Shown here: positions 9,964-18,288 of the stretch, one piece after another
Numbering within the stretch: position 1 is the first letter of the stretch
Layout: each line of letters starts with the position of its first letter
Assembly (NCBI GenBank): GCA_964540635.1
Contig: CAZINP010000002.1
Location: forward strand, 99,346 to 163,345
DNA length: 64,000 bases
Direction: 5' to 3'
DNA from: an uncultured Gammaproteobacteria bacterium
GTDB lineage: Bacteria > Patescibacteriota > Patescibacteriia > Buchananbacterales > UBA6539
The notes under the pieces: model-generated
Told to the model about the DNA's origin: nothing
The model's input: only the letters and a program-made list of their open reading frames with translations
The model's database searches: none
Translations under genes and position numbers: made by a program

Positions 9964-10521
9964 ATGAAAAGACGTTGTTTTATCGCTATAAATCTACCTA
10001 AAAACGTTAAATGGGAAATTGAAGCCTTAATCTCAGAACTGGCTGCTTTAAACCAAAAAAGTCAAATAAACTTTACAAAAACCGAGAATCTACATATTAC
10101 AATACAATTTCTCGGCGAGCTTGAAGAACGCCAAATTATTGAGGTAAAAAATATTCTAGACCAAATAGCCAAAGAGTTTAGGTCGACAGAAATTTTAATT
10201 GGAGCAATAGCCGCTTTTCCCAATCAGAAGAATCCAAATATTATTTATTTAGAAATTACAGAATCACAAGACCGCATGTTAACAAAATTGCATAAAAGAA
10301 TAGAAGATCGGCTTGGACAACTATTAAAAAATGACGAGCAAAAAAATTGGACGGCTCACTTAACGATTTGCCGAATAAAAAATCAAGAAAAATTTAAAAC
10401 CGACGGCATAAAAACTTATGATTTATCCGCACCAATACACAGTTTCGATTTAATGGAAAGTAGTTTGGGTGGCAATGGTGCAGAATACGAAACAATTTCA
10501 TCATTTAATTTAAAGAAATAA
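9964..10521 (+). CDS. thpR: RNA 2',3'-cyclic phosphodiesterase (2H family)
   Basis: RCFIAI start; two HxT motifs (LHITI, AHLTI). Confidence 0.9.
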   Translation: MKRRCFIAINLPKNVKWEIEALISELAALNQKSQINFTKTENLHITIQFLGELEERQIIEVKNILDQIAKEFRSTEILIGAIAAFPNQKNPNIIYLEITESQDRMLTKLHKRIEDRLGQLLKNDEQKNWTAHLTICRIKNQEKFKTDGIKTYDLSAPIHSFDLMESSLGGNGAEYETISSFNLKK

Positions 10522-10524
10522 AAT

Positions 10525-10686
10525 ATGCGCGATCATTCAAGCCGTGCTTACAATAAAAAGAAGGTTACAAGATTTAGGACAAAATCAACCTTTAAGGCGG
10601 ATAACCCGCAGAAAATCCAACGCTTTAAGTATAGCGAGGTTCTTTTAAGACCAAAGAAAAAAAATGATTACTCATATGCAAGATAA
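10525..10686 (+). CDS. Small basic hypothetical protein (53 aa), not in ORF track
   Basis: Manual translation MRDHSSRAYNKKKVTRFRTKSTFKADNPQKIQRFKYSEVLLRPKKKNDYSYAR; ATG 3 nt after the thpR stop, overlaps the next start. Confidence 0.55.
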   Translation: MRDHSSRAYNKKKVTRFRTKSTFKADNPQKIQRFKYSEVLLRPKKKNDYSYAR

Positions 10687-11425
10687 GCTAGAAATTCTTA
10701 ATATTAAAATAGATAATCTTTCGCCGCAAGAAATCCTTAGGAAATGTGATGATTTTTTGTTGTCGGGAAATCAGCATTATATTACCACCGTTAACCCAGA
10801 ATTCATTGTTGCGGCTAAAACTGACGAGGAATTTAAAAAAATCCTTAATTTTTCCGACCTAGCCGTTGCTGACGGAGTTGGTTTAGTTTATGCTGCTAAA
10901 CTTTTTGGGGAAAAGTTAAAAAGAAATACCGGGGTTGATTTAATGATTAACCTTTGCGAATTTGCCGAACAAAAAAATTGTTCGGTTTATTTTTTAGGTG
11001 GAGAAGAGACAATTGCAGCGCAAGCAGCTGAATTATTAAAAAACAATTTTCCAAAATTAATTATTAGCGGGGCGGAAAGTGGCGGTGAAATAATAAATCC
11101 CAAAGATGATGACGAGGAACTCTTAACAAGGATTAACGACAATAAGCCGGATATAATCTTTGTTGCCCTCGGCCAAATAAAGCAAGAAAAATGGATTTAC
11201 TATCACTTAGATAAAATGCCTTCGGTAAAAATTGCCGTCGGGGTAGGGGGGTCATTTGACTATATTTCCGGTCAAATAAGTCGCGCGCCGCTATTTATGC
11301 GCAAAGCCGGCCTGGAATGGTTATACAGACTAATCCTTCAGCCAAGCAGAATTCGACGCATTATCAATGCAACCGTAATATTTCCTTGGCTTATCCTTAA
11401 AGATTACTTCAAACCAAGGTCTTGA
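10664..11425 (+). CDS. WecB/TagA/CpsF family glycosyltransferase
   Basis: TVNPEF, ADGVG, GVGGSFD, RAPLFMRKAGLEWLYRL motifs; start may be ATG 10676. Confidence 0.92.
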   Translation: MITHMQDKLEILNIKIDNLSPQEILRKCDDFLLSGNQHYITTVNPEFIVAAKTDEEFKKILNFSDLAVADGVGLVYAAKLFGEKLKRNTGVDLMINLCEFAEQKNCSVYFLGGEETIAAQAAELLKNNFPKLIISGAESGGEIINPKDDDEELLTRINDNKPDIIFVALGQIKQEKWIYYHLDKMPSVKIAVGVGGSFDYISGQISRAPLFMRKAGLEWLYRLILQPSRIRRIINATVIFPWLILKDYFKPRS

Positions 11426-11473
11426 TTTATTTTAATTTTTAATCTAAAATAATATCCTAATTGGAAAATTAAT

Positions 11474-12913
11474 ATGAGTGATTCAGAGCAAAAAATTATA
11501 ACGCGTTTTTCCCCGAGCCCAACGGGTTTTTTACATATTGGCAGCCTCAGAACGTCCCTTTATGAATACCTTTTTGCTAAACACAACAATGGTTTGTTTT
11601 ACCTCAGGATTGAAGACACCGACCAAAAAAGAAAGACCGAAGGGGCGGTAGAAAATTTAATAAAAATTTTAAAATACTTTGACTTGAATTGGGATAATGA
11701 AAAAATAATGGTTCAATCGGAAAGGATTGAGTTGTACAAAAAATTTGCACAACAATTGGTTGACGAAGGAAAGGCTTATTATTGCTTCTGCACCGAACAA
11801 AGACTTGAAGACCTGAAAAAAATTCAAGCGCAAAAAAAATTACCTCCGATGTACGACGGTAAATGCCGCGAGATTGACTTGAACGAAGCAAAAAAAAGAG
11901 TTGAGGCAGGAGAACCATACGTTATTAGATTTAAAATGCCAAAAACCAGCTCAACCGAATTCAACGATCTGATCAGGGGAAAAGTAATCTTTGATAATAA
12001 AATTTTAGACGATCAAATTATTCTTAAATCAGACGGATTTCCAACATACCACCTGGCTGCTGTTGTTGATGATCACGAAATGAAAATCACCCACGTTATT
12101 AGAGGAGAAGAATGGCTACCGTCAACGCCAAAGCATATTTTACTTTACCAAGCTTTTGGTTGGCAGGCACCGGAATTTGCTCATTTACCCTTAAACCTAA
12201 ACCCGGACAAATCAAAACTCTCCAAAAGACAAGGGGATGTTGCTGTTGAAGATTTTTTAAAGAAAGGTTTCCTTAAAGAGGCGTTACTAAATTTTGTCTT
12301 GCTTTTAGGCTGGAATCCCGGAACTGATCAAGAAATATTTTCTTTTGAAGAAATGATCAAACAATTTACTTTAGAAAAAGTGAGCAAATCGGCTTCAATT
12401 TTTGACACCAAAAAACTTGAATGGTTAAACGGCGAATATATCAGACTGAAAACGCCGGAAGAATTTGCCGAGCTTTGCTGGCCATTCTTTGAAGAAAAAA
12501 AAGGAAATATTAATAAAGAATACTTCAAAAAAGCCGTTTTAACTGAACAAAAAAGAATAAAAACATTAAGTGAAATAGTTGAAGCAACCGAATTTTTCTT
12601 TGAAGAACCAAAATATGATCCGCAGCTTTTGATTTGGAAGAAAAATAACGAAAAGGAAACGGCAAAAAACCTTGAAACTTTAAAACTTAGACTTGAAAAA
12701 ATAGCTTCGGAAAAATGGTTAGAACAAATTTTAGAAAATGAAATAAAAGATTTCATTGAAGCAAGCAAGAAGGGGACGGGGGACTTGCTTTGGCCAATGC
12801 GTGTCGCTTTGTCGGGAAGAAAGGCCAGCCCGGGACCATTTGAAATTGCGGCGGTTTTAGGCAAAGAAGCCACCCTTGCCAGAATCGAAAGGGCCATAAA
12901 AAGTCTTAAATAA
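11474..12913 (+). CDS. gltX: Glutamate--tRNA ligase
   Basis: RFSPSPTGFLHIG (HIGH), LRIEDTD, KLSKR. Confidence 0.97.
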   Translation: MSDSEQKIITRFSPSPTGFLHIGSLRTSLYEYLFAKHNNGLFYLRIEDTDQKRKTEGAVENLIKILKYFDLNWDNEKIMVQSERIELYKKFAQQLVDEGKAYYCFCTEQRLEDLKKIQAQKKLPPMYDGKCREIDLNEAKKRVEAGEPYVIRFKMPKTSSTEFNDLIRGKVIFDNKILDDQIILKSDGFPTYHLAAVVDDHEMKITHVIRGEEWLPSTPKHILLYQAFGWQAPEFAHLPLNLNPDKSKLSKRQGDVAVEDFLKKGFLKEALLNFVLLLGWNPGTDQEIFSFEEMIKQFTLEKVSKSASIFDTKKLEWLNGEYIRLKTPEEFAELCWPFFEEKKGNINKEYFKKAVLTEQKRIKTLSEIVEATEFFFEEPKYDPQLLIWKKNNEKETAKNLETLKLRLEKIASEKWLEQILENEIKDFIEASKKGTGDLLWPMRVALSGRKASPGPFEIAAVLGKEATLARIERAIKSLK

Positions 12914-12991
12914 ATTCAAAATAAAATCCCCCCAGATAAACAAAGGGGTTTTATTTTTGATTTTAAGGCTTGTTTGTGCTATAATATTAAA

Positions 12992-14248
12992 ATGAAAACA
13001 GAAAAAACAAAAATAAAAAGCATTTTTTGTCTAATGGCAATGATTAGCTTTATTTTAGCTAATTTTTTTATTTTAAATCCTGCTAATTTAAACGCGGCAA
13101 CAAGCGATGAGGTTAATCAATTAAACTCTAAAATTACCGAGAAGAAGAATTCAATTGACACTCTTCAAAAAGAAATTGACGCTTACAAAGAAAATATAAA
13201 ACAAATCCAGGGCGAAGCAAAAACCTTAAAAAATCAAATCGCCATACTCGAAAATCAGGTTGCTAAATTAAATCTTGATATCCAGGCAACGCAAGAAAGA
13301 ATTGATGAAACAAACCTGGAAATTCAAGCTTTAAACATAGAGATTAAAGACACGGAAAAGCAGATCAGCGATCGCAAAGAAAAATTAGGTGAGTATATTA
13401 AAATTCTTAATAAGCAAGACCAAGTAAGTTATCTTGAAATCCTGCTTTTAAACGAAAATTTTTCTGACTTTTTTGATCAAATGCGTACAATTCAGGATAT
13501 TCACTCAAATATATCAGATGGGCTTGAAAAATTAAAAACCGCCAAAGATCAGCTTGACCAACAAAAATCAGACCAGCAAGAAAAAATAAAATCGGAAGAA
13601 TTGCTAAAAGATGAACTTTCAAAACAGAAGGATGAAATTATTGAAAAAAATAACGCCCAGGAAGTATTACTGGTTCAGGCAAAACTAAGCGAGAAACAAT
13701 ATCAAAAAAATCTATACCAATTGCAAGTCGAGCAGCAACAGATAAACGCCGATATCGCTTCAATGGAAAAATCTGTTAGAAAAAAATTGGAAGAATTGCA
13801 GAAGCAAGAAAAAATGCAAACCCTCGGACCGACAGTATTAGATTGGCCGGTCAGTCCAAGCAGGGGAATATCAGCCCTTTTTCACGACCCAGACTATCCT
13901 TTTCGATACATTTATGAACACCCCGGCATTGACATAAGGGCCGGACAAGGTACGCCAATTAAAGCCCCGGCAGATGGCTATATCGGCCGTGTTAAATTTG
14001 CCGGCGATAAATCATACGCTTATTTGATGATTTTACATAACGACGGACTATCTACGGTTTTTGGACACATTTCTGCGGTTTATGTCAAAGAAGATACATT
14101 TGTAAAAAAAGGCGATGTAGTTGCCTTAAGTGGCGGCCGACCAGGATCAATTGGAGCCGGAAGCATGACGACCGGTCCTCACTTGCATTTCGAAGTTAGA
14201 TTAAATGGCATTCCCGTAAACCCACTTGAATATTTGCCAAACTATTAA
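12992..14248 (+). CDS. Coiled-coil M23 family peptidoglycan endopeptidase (EnvC/CwlO-like)
   Basis: Signal peptide, long coiled coil, HPGID and TGPHLHFEVR zinc motifs; start placed at ATG 12992. Confidence 0.9.
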   Translation: MKTEKTKIKSIFCLMAMISFILANFFILNPANLNAATSDEVNQLNSKITEKKNSIDTLQKEIDAYKENIKQIQGEAKTLKNQIAILENQVAKLNLDIQATQERIDETNLEIQALNIEIKDTEKQISDRKEKLGEYIKILNKQDQVSYLEILLLNENFSDFFDQMRTIQDIHSNISDGLEKLKTAKDQLDQQKSDQQEKIKSEELLKDELSKQKDEIIEKNNAQEVLLVQAKLSEKQYQKNLYQLQVEQQQINADIASMEKSVRKKLEELQKQEKMQTLGPTVLDWPVSPSRGISALFHDPDYPFRYIYEHPGIDIRAGQGTPIKAPADGYIGRVKFAGDKSYAYLMILHNDGLSTVFGHISAVYVKEDTFVKKGDVVALSGGRPGSIGAGSMTTGPHLHFEVRLNGIPVNPLEYLPNY

Positions 14249-14254
14249 TTTGCT

Positions 14255-14656
14255 ATGAAAATTGATTTTGCAAAAATTACTTTTATCTTTATTTGGTTTG
14301 CAGTTGCGGCAACTTTTATCTTTTACGTCATTTACCGCGAACTTTTCTTGTCGGTCGGACAATTTATTTTAACAATCACCCCATCTATCATTTTTTTTCT
14401 TGGCATGATATTGTTTTATACTCGAGACAGAAAAAGAGTGGTTAGATCGAAAGAAAAAACCGAATTTCATTTTACCCGAGAAATGAATTGGCAAATGGCG
14501 ACAAAACACGATTTTCTTACATACTTAATTCCACTTTTAATTCTCTTGATCCCTTATTTATTTGGCGAACACACAACCTTAAACGAAATAATTGCCGCCA
14601 TTATTACATATTTAGCATTAATTTATTTAAAATTTCTCTACTGGCGAGAAATCTAA
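14255..14656 (+). CDS. Hypothetical membrane protein
   Basis: 133-aa ORF with 4 hydrophobic segments, operonic spacing. Confidence 0.7.
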   Translation: MKIDFAKITFIFIWFAVAATFIFYVIYRELFLSVGQFILTITPSIIFFLGMILFYTRDRKRVVRSKEKTEFHFTREMNWQMATKHDFLTYLIPLLILLIPYLFGEHTTLNEIIAAIITYLALIYLKFLYWREI

Positions 14657-14665
14657 AACAAAAAT

Positions 14666-15328
14666 ATGACCACAAAACCAACCCTAAAATCAGAAGCGGT
14701 TTCCGTTCTTTTGCTAATTTTCAGCTTTACGGCTGCCGTTTATTTTTTTCTAAATTTTCCAGCTATTGTGCCGACTCACTGGAATTGGGCCGGCCAAGCC
14801 GATGGTTTTTCCTCTAAAGGATTTGCCGCCTTCTTTTTTCCTATTTTAATTGGAATAATCTATGCTTTTTTTCTTATCATTCCCGAACTTGATCCAATGA
14901 AAAAAAGATATGAAGAGTTTTTGGGAGTATATCATGAGTTCAAAACTTTGCTTGTTGGCTTTTTGGTTTTAGTCTATCTTTATTCCGGACTTGCCGGGCT
15001 AGGTTATCAAATTCCATTTAATATCGTTATTCCTTGTTTGATGGGAATTTTATTCATTTTAATCGGTTTGATGCTAAATAAGATTAAACCAAATTGGTTT
15101 TTTGGCATCAGAACTCCATGGACAATATCCAGTGAGAAGGTGTGGAAAAAAACACACACCTTGGGTTCAAAAATTTTTATTTTAATGGGCGTGATTGTTA
15201 TCTTGGGGACCGCCTTACCAATCTATATATTTTGGCCATTATTTTTCATAACTATCATTATCGGCAGCCTAATTCCGATTATCTATTCATTTCTTGAATT
15301 CAAGAAACTACCAAAAAGGACAAAATAA
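14666..15328 (+). CDS. SdpI/DUF1648 family immunity-like membrane protein
   Basis: VPTHWNWAGQADG and PNWFFGIRTPWTISSEKVWKKTH motifs. Confidence 0.9.
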   Translation: MTTKPTLKSEAVSVLLLIFSFTAAVYFFLNFPAIVPTHWNWAGQADGFSSKGFAAFFFPILIGIIYAFFLIIPELDPMKKRYEEFLGVYHEFKTLLVGFLVLVYLYSGLAGLGYQIPFNIVIPCLMGILFILIGLMLNKIKPNWFFGIRTPWTISSEKVWKKTHTLGSKIFILMGVIVILGTALPIYIFWPLFFITIIIGSLIPIIYSFLEFKKLPKRTK

Positions 15329-15344
15329 TCTCTAAAAAGGATAA

Positions 15345-15375
15345 GGGCCCAAACTCGCGTTGGGCCCATTTTTTT
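15345..15375. terminator. Intrinsic terminator between convergent genes
   Basis: GGGCCCAA-loop-TTGGGCCC then a T-run. Confidence 0.75.
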
Positions 15376-15379
15376 AGGT

Positions 15380-15535
15380 CTAAAGGTTGACAGAAGCGCT
15401 GTCCACGGCGGCAATTAAGACGCCTAAGACCTTAGTGGTCAAGACAATGACGCTATCTGCAACTTCTGGCAGGAAAAGCTTCAAAACGATAACGATTACC
15501 GCAAAGCCAAATCCTTGAGACAATGCTTTCCACAT
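15380..15535 (-). CDS. Small membrane protein (51 aa)
   Basis: MWKALSQGFGFAVIVIVLKLFLPEVADSVIVLTTKVLGVLIAAVDSASVNL; the ORF-track extension runs through a structured leader. Confidence 0.6.
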   Translation of the reverse strand: MWKALSQGFGFAVIVIVLKLFLPEVADSVIVLTTKVLGVLIAAVDSASVNL

Positions 15536-15673
15536 ATTATTGTGGTTAGTATTTAACGAGGACTTGGTTTGACCGGATGACCACTCCGGCCAAGAAAGCT
15601 CTGCCTTCAGCCCTCCGGCCATTTTGCCAATATTCAAGCAAAACAGCCGGGGAGCCGAATCACTTTGCCAGCC
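15536..15673 (-). ncRNA. Candidate structured 5' leader (riboswitch-like) or sRNA
   Basis: Long stem UUCGGCUCCCCGGCUGUUUUGC/GCAAAAUGGCCGGAGGGCUGAA plus hairpin UUGGCCGGA/UCCGGUCAA, directly behind a promoter. Confidence 0.55.
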
Positions 15674-15677
15674 TTAC

Positions 15678-15706
15678 AATATATCATTTAATATAATTTG
15701 AGTCAA
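15678..15706 (-). promoter_or_regulatory. sigma70 promoter driving the structured leader
   Basis: TTGACT-N17-TATATT with extended TG. Confidence 0.7.
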
Positions 15707-15719
15707 TAAAAAAGACCGG

Positions 15720-16028
15720 TCAAGTGGTCTGATCCGGTCCTTCGGTGATCATTTCGACCTGAACGGCGTCTAAGCCGGTCGAAAATCTAACCGTGAAATA
15801 GCATTCTGAATCCTCAGGGCTCAAACCCCTTGGGTCAAGAAACGGTCGACCCCGAAAAACGAGGCCATCATTTTCGGCGCCAACATACACGCCGGAATTA
15901 AAGTGCAAGTCTCTGGCGGGAAAAACCGCCGAGCCACCAATCGGAGTGGCGGTTGCCAGTATCGGCTGCAAAAACCGATAATTTTCTCCCTCAATCAGAG
16001 GGGGGTCATAAAGCTCGGGTTCAGCCAT
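15720..16028 (-). CDS. Hypothetical protein (stand-alone gene)
   Basis: GGAGG upstream of ATG 16028; own TTGACT-N17-TAGAAT promoter; visibly more GC-rich than neighbours. Confidence 0.6.
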   Translation of the reverse strand: MAEPELYDPPLIEGENYRFLQPILATATPIGGSAVFPARDLHFNSGVYVGAENDGLVFRGRPFLDPRGLSPEDSECYFTVRFSTGLDAVQVEMITEGPDQTT

Positions 16029-16111
16029 TATCTGGCCCTCCATATCGGTTGAAGACGATTTTTTATTCTAAATAATTCTGATTAAAAAGTCAAGTAGCAA
16101 ACTAATCGGCG

Positions 16112-16126
16112 AATATTTTGCGACAC
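16112..16126. repeat. 15-bp direct repeat, copy 1 (AATATTTTGCGACAC)
   Basis: Identical to 17399-17413; the two copies flank the xer module. Confidence 0.8.
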
Positions 16127-16135
16127 TTAATTTTA

Positions 16136-17086
16136 CTATAAATCCTTTAGGGGATGAAACTTACGGTGAGTATCTTCGGCATACCTATCTGATGCGTGGA
16201 CATACCTGGTTGTTGTATCAAGAGATTCGTGGCCCAAAAGAATTTGCAAAGCGGCCGGATTTGCGCCTTCCTCGGCCAAATAGGTCGCAAACCCATGACG
16301 AAGAGAGTGAGCCGAAATCGGTACATTTATTTTAAGTTTCTCCCGATAATGTTTTATTCTTTCTTGAAGATAATTTGGCGAAATTCTTTTTTTCAGACCG
16401 CTTTTGTCATTTGAATTTCTTCCTCTATAAGGAATAAATAAGGCGGAAAGATTATCATTTCTAGATTGTAGGTACAAATTCAAATACTTATAAGCTCTTG
16501 GTGTTAAATAAACAAAACGCTCTTTTTTACCTTTACCGCGAATAAATATTCTACCCGTACCATCAATTTGTTGCCTGGAGAGATTAATAAGCTCAGAAAT
16601 ACGCATGCCGGTTGAAAAAAGCATTTCCAGCATAGCTCTGTTTCTTGCAGCAACAATTAAATTGTTTTCCAAATACGAGGGCGATTCAATTAAATTAATT
16701 AATTCGTTTAATTCAGCCACTCGACCGTGTTTTCGTTCCGTTTTGACCAATTTAACCGCCTCAGAAGCAACCGGAGAGCCATAATCCATTTCAATCAAAT
16801 ATTTAATAAAAGACCTTAAAGACGATAAATGTCTATTAATTGAATAACTTTGAAGCTTTTTTTGGGACTGATCATTTTCAGCGGTTTTTCGATCAATTGA
16901 GTTAAGATAAGCCTTATAGAGATTAACAACTCGCTTATCAACCTTGGAAAAGGGGATTTTAGACTGATTTAAAAAATCCTCAAAAACTTTTAAGTCTCTT
17001 TCGTAATTATAAACCGTTTCATCGGAATAATTATTTGTTTGTAGATTGAGCAAAAAATCATCAATGTGCGGTAGAGTAGTAGACAT
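16136..17086 (-). CDS. Xer-family tyrosine recombinase (XerC/D-like)
   Basis: SAM-like N-domain; catalytic R (TGMRISE), K (GKGKKER), HxxR (HSLRH), H (LGH), Y (TTRY) all intact. Confidence 0.93.
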   Translation of the reverse strand: MSTTLPHIDDFLLNLQTNNYSDETVYNYERDLKVFEDFLNQSKIPFSKVDKRVVNLYKAYLNSIDRKTAENDQSQKKLQSYSINRHLSSLRSFIKYLIEMDYGSPVASEAVKLVKTERKHGRVAELNELINLIESPSYLENNLIVAARNRAMLEMLFSTGMRISELINLSRQQIDGTGRIFIRGKGKKERFVYLTPRAYKYLNLYLQSRNDNLSALFIPYRGRNSNDKSGLKKRISPNYLQERIKHYREKLKINVPISAHSLRHGFATYLAEEGANPAALQILLGHESLDTTTRYVHASDRYAEDTHRKFHPLKDL

Positions 17087-17103
17087 AGGCTTTTTTAGTG
17101 ATT

Positions 17104-17137
17104 TAAACTGAGTGTAAGGGATATTATACTCAGTTTA
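17104..17137. other. Putative dif-like Xer recombination site
   Basis: TAAACTGAGTGTAA-GGGATA-TTATACTCAGTTTA: 14-bp inverted arms (13/14 match), 6-bp spacer, inner TAA/TTAT; 17 bp before the xer start codon. Confidence 0.7.
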
Positions 17138-17160
17138 TCATATTTGATAATAAAGCGCAA
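17132..17160 (-). promoter_or_regulatory. Putative xer promoter overlapping the dif-like site
   Basis: TTGCGC-N17-TAAACT with extended TG; the -10 lies within the right arm. Confidence 0.55.
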
Positions 17161-17167
17161 ATAAAGC

Positions 17168-17176
17168 TTATCCACA
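17168..17176 (+). promoter_or_regulatory. Perfect DnaA box
   Basis: TTATCCACA, next to a very AT-rich tract. Confidence 0.45.
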
Positions 17177-17398
17177 CCCATAATACCTCTATGGGTTAAA
17201 AATACATTTAATGATTAAAATGATAAATTGTATCTGGATTCTAATAAATATAAATAAAATTTAAAAAATATTTTTAAAAACTTAAATATATTAAAAAAAA
17301 TCCCTTTTATGGATTAAATGAATTACAAGATAATAAATAGTAATCTTAGTCTTTTCCCGCCTCAACTCCACTCACCCGCCTTACAGCACACAAAGATA

Positions 17399-17413
17399 AA
17401 TATTTTGCGACAC
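17399..17413. repeat. 15-bp direct repeat, copy 2 (AATATTTTGCGACAC)
   Basis: Identical to 16112-16126. Confidence 0.8.
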
Positions 17414-17416
17414 ATG

Positions 17417-18283
17417 CTATTGATAGTATATTTTATCGCCGAAACGCAAATCAATATATTCTAGATTGCTCCTATCCTTTACTTTATCCTTTAAAACTAA
17501 AAATAAAAGTTTTATTTGAGATAAATATGAATCGTTGACATTAAACCTTATCTCCCAGCCTTGATTTGTAATAGCAATCAAATCAGTGCCTTTGAGTTCC
17601 GGAAGTTGGTATTCTTTAATTTTGAAGTCGGCTTCGTCTTTTATGGCCTGATCTATATTCAAAAGAAACGCCACATAATCTTTGCTTAATATTTGACTTC
17701 CTATTTCAGCCACATCGTTATTTTTATCATAAATTATCGGCAAATTAGCTGCCTGACTGACTGGACGAACTATCTCAAGATCACCATCCTGTTCCTTTCT
17801 GTCACTTTTGCCGGGGCCATATTCGTTAATTATATTCCCATTATCATCAATAAAATATTTTTTCTGATTGGTTGAATAAATAAGTTTGATTGGCTTTTCT
17901 GAAACCATTATTTTGATTTCGTGCCAAAAAATTTTATCTATTTGCAAACTGTTTAAATAGTACTTCTCCGAGATAGTCTTTTCTAACTGGCCTTTACTAA
18001 AAAACAAAATATTACTTTGTGGAAATATAATAAATTTGTTTTTTTCCGACTGCAAAGACGCCATTTCCCTTATTTCAGATTCCGAGATAAAATTATTTCC
18101 CAATATTGAAATATTTTTTATCTTAAAATAGTCAAGCCTGGAAATTATCGCCAATATAAAAACTGTCGCCAAAACCAACAAAATAATAATTCTTCTTACC
18201 TTCTGAGATCCGGATTTTTTCTTTTTCGGTGAATAGTAAGGATTTTTATACTTCTTTTTTTGATAATCCTGCCTTAATGCCAT
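17417..18283 (-). CDS. ftsQ: Cell division protein FtsQ/DivIB-like (POTRA)
   Basis: Single TM, FKIKNISILGN POTRA start, C-terminal YIDLRFGDKIYY; downstream of ddl. Confidence 0.8.
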   Translation of the reverse strand: MALRQDYQKKKYKNPYYSPKKKKSGSQKVRRIIILLVLATVFILAIISRLDYFKIKNISILGNNFISESEIREMASLQSEKNKFIIFPQSNILFFSKGQLEKTISEKYYLNSLQIDKIFWHEIKIMVSEKPIKLIYSTNQKKYFIDDNGNIINEYGPGKSDRKEQDGDLEIVRPVSQAANLPIIYDKNNDVAEIGSQILSKDYVAFLLNIDQAIKDEADFKIKEYQLPELKGTDLIAITNQGWEIRFNVNDSYLSQIKLLFLVLKDKVKDRSNLEYIDLRFGDKIYYQ

Positions 18284-18288
18284 AAGCT

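Noticed and set aside
15545-15575. Pistol ribozyme or preQ1-like motif (CGUUAAAUA, ACUAA)
   Set aside because: The required P1 stem and pseudoknot partners were not found.
16136-17086. Integron integrase or prophage integrase
   Set aside because: No IntI-specific insertion, no attC array and no phage genes; size and motifs fit a Xer-type enzyme.
17161-17400. oriC
   Set aside because: Only one DnaA box, no dnaA/dnaN nearby, and flanking genes do not diverge from this point.
9964-17400. Gene-orientation switch as proof of the replication terminus
   Set aside because: Genes left of the site are on mixed strands and I cannot compute GC skew, so this is left as an open test.
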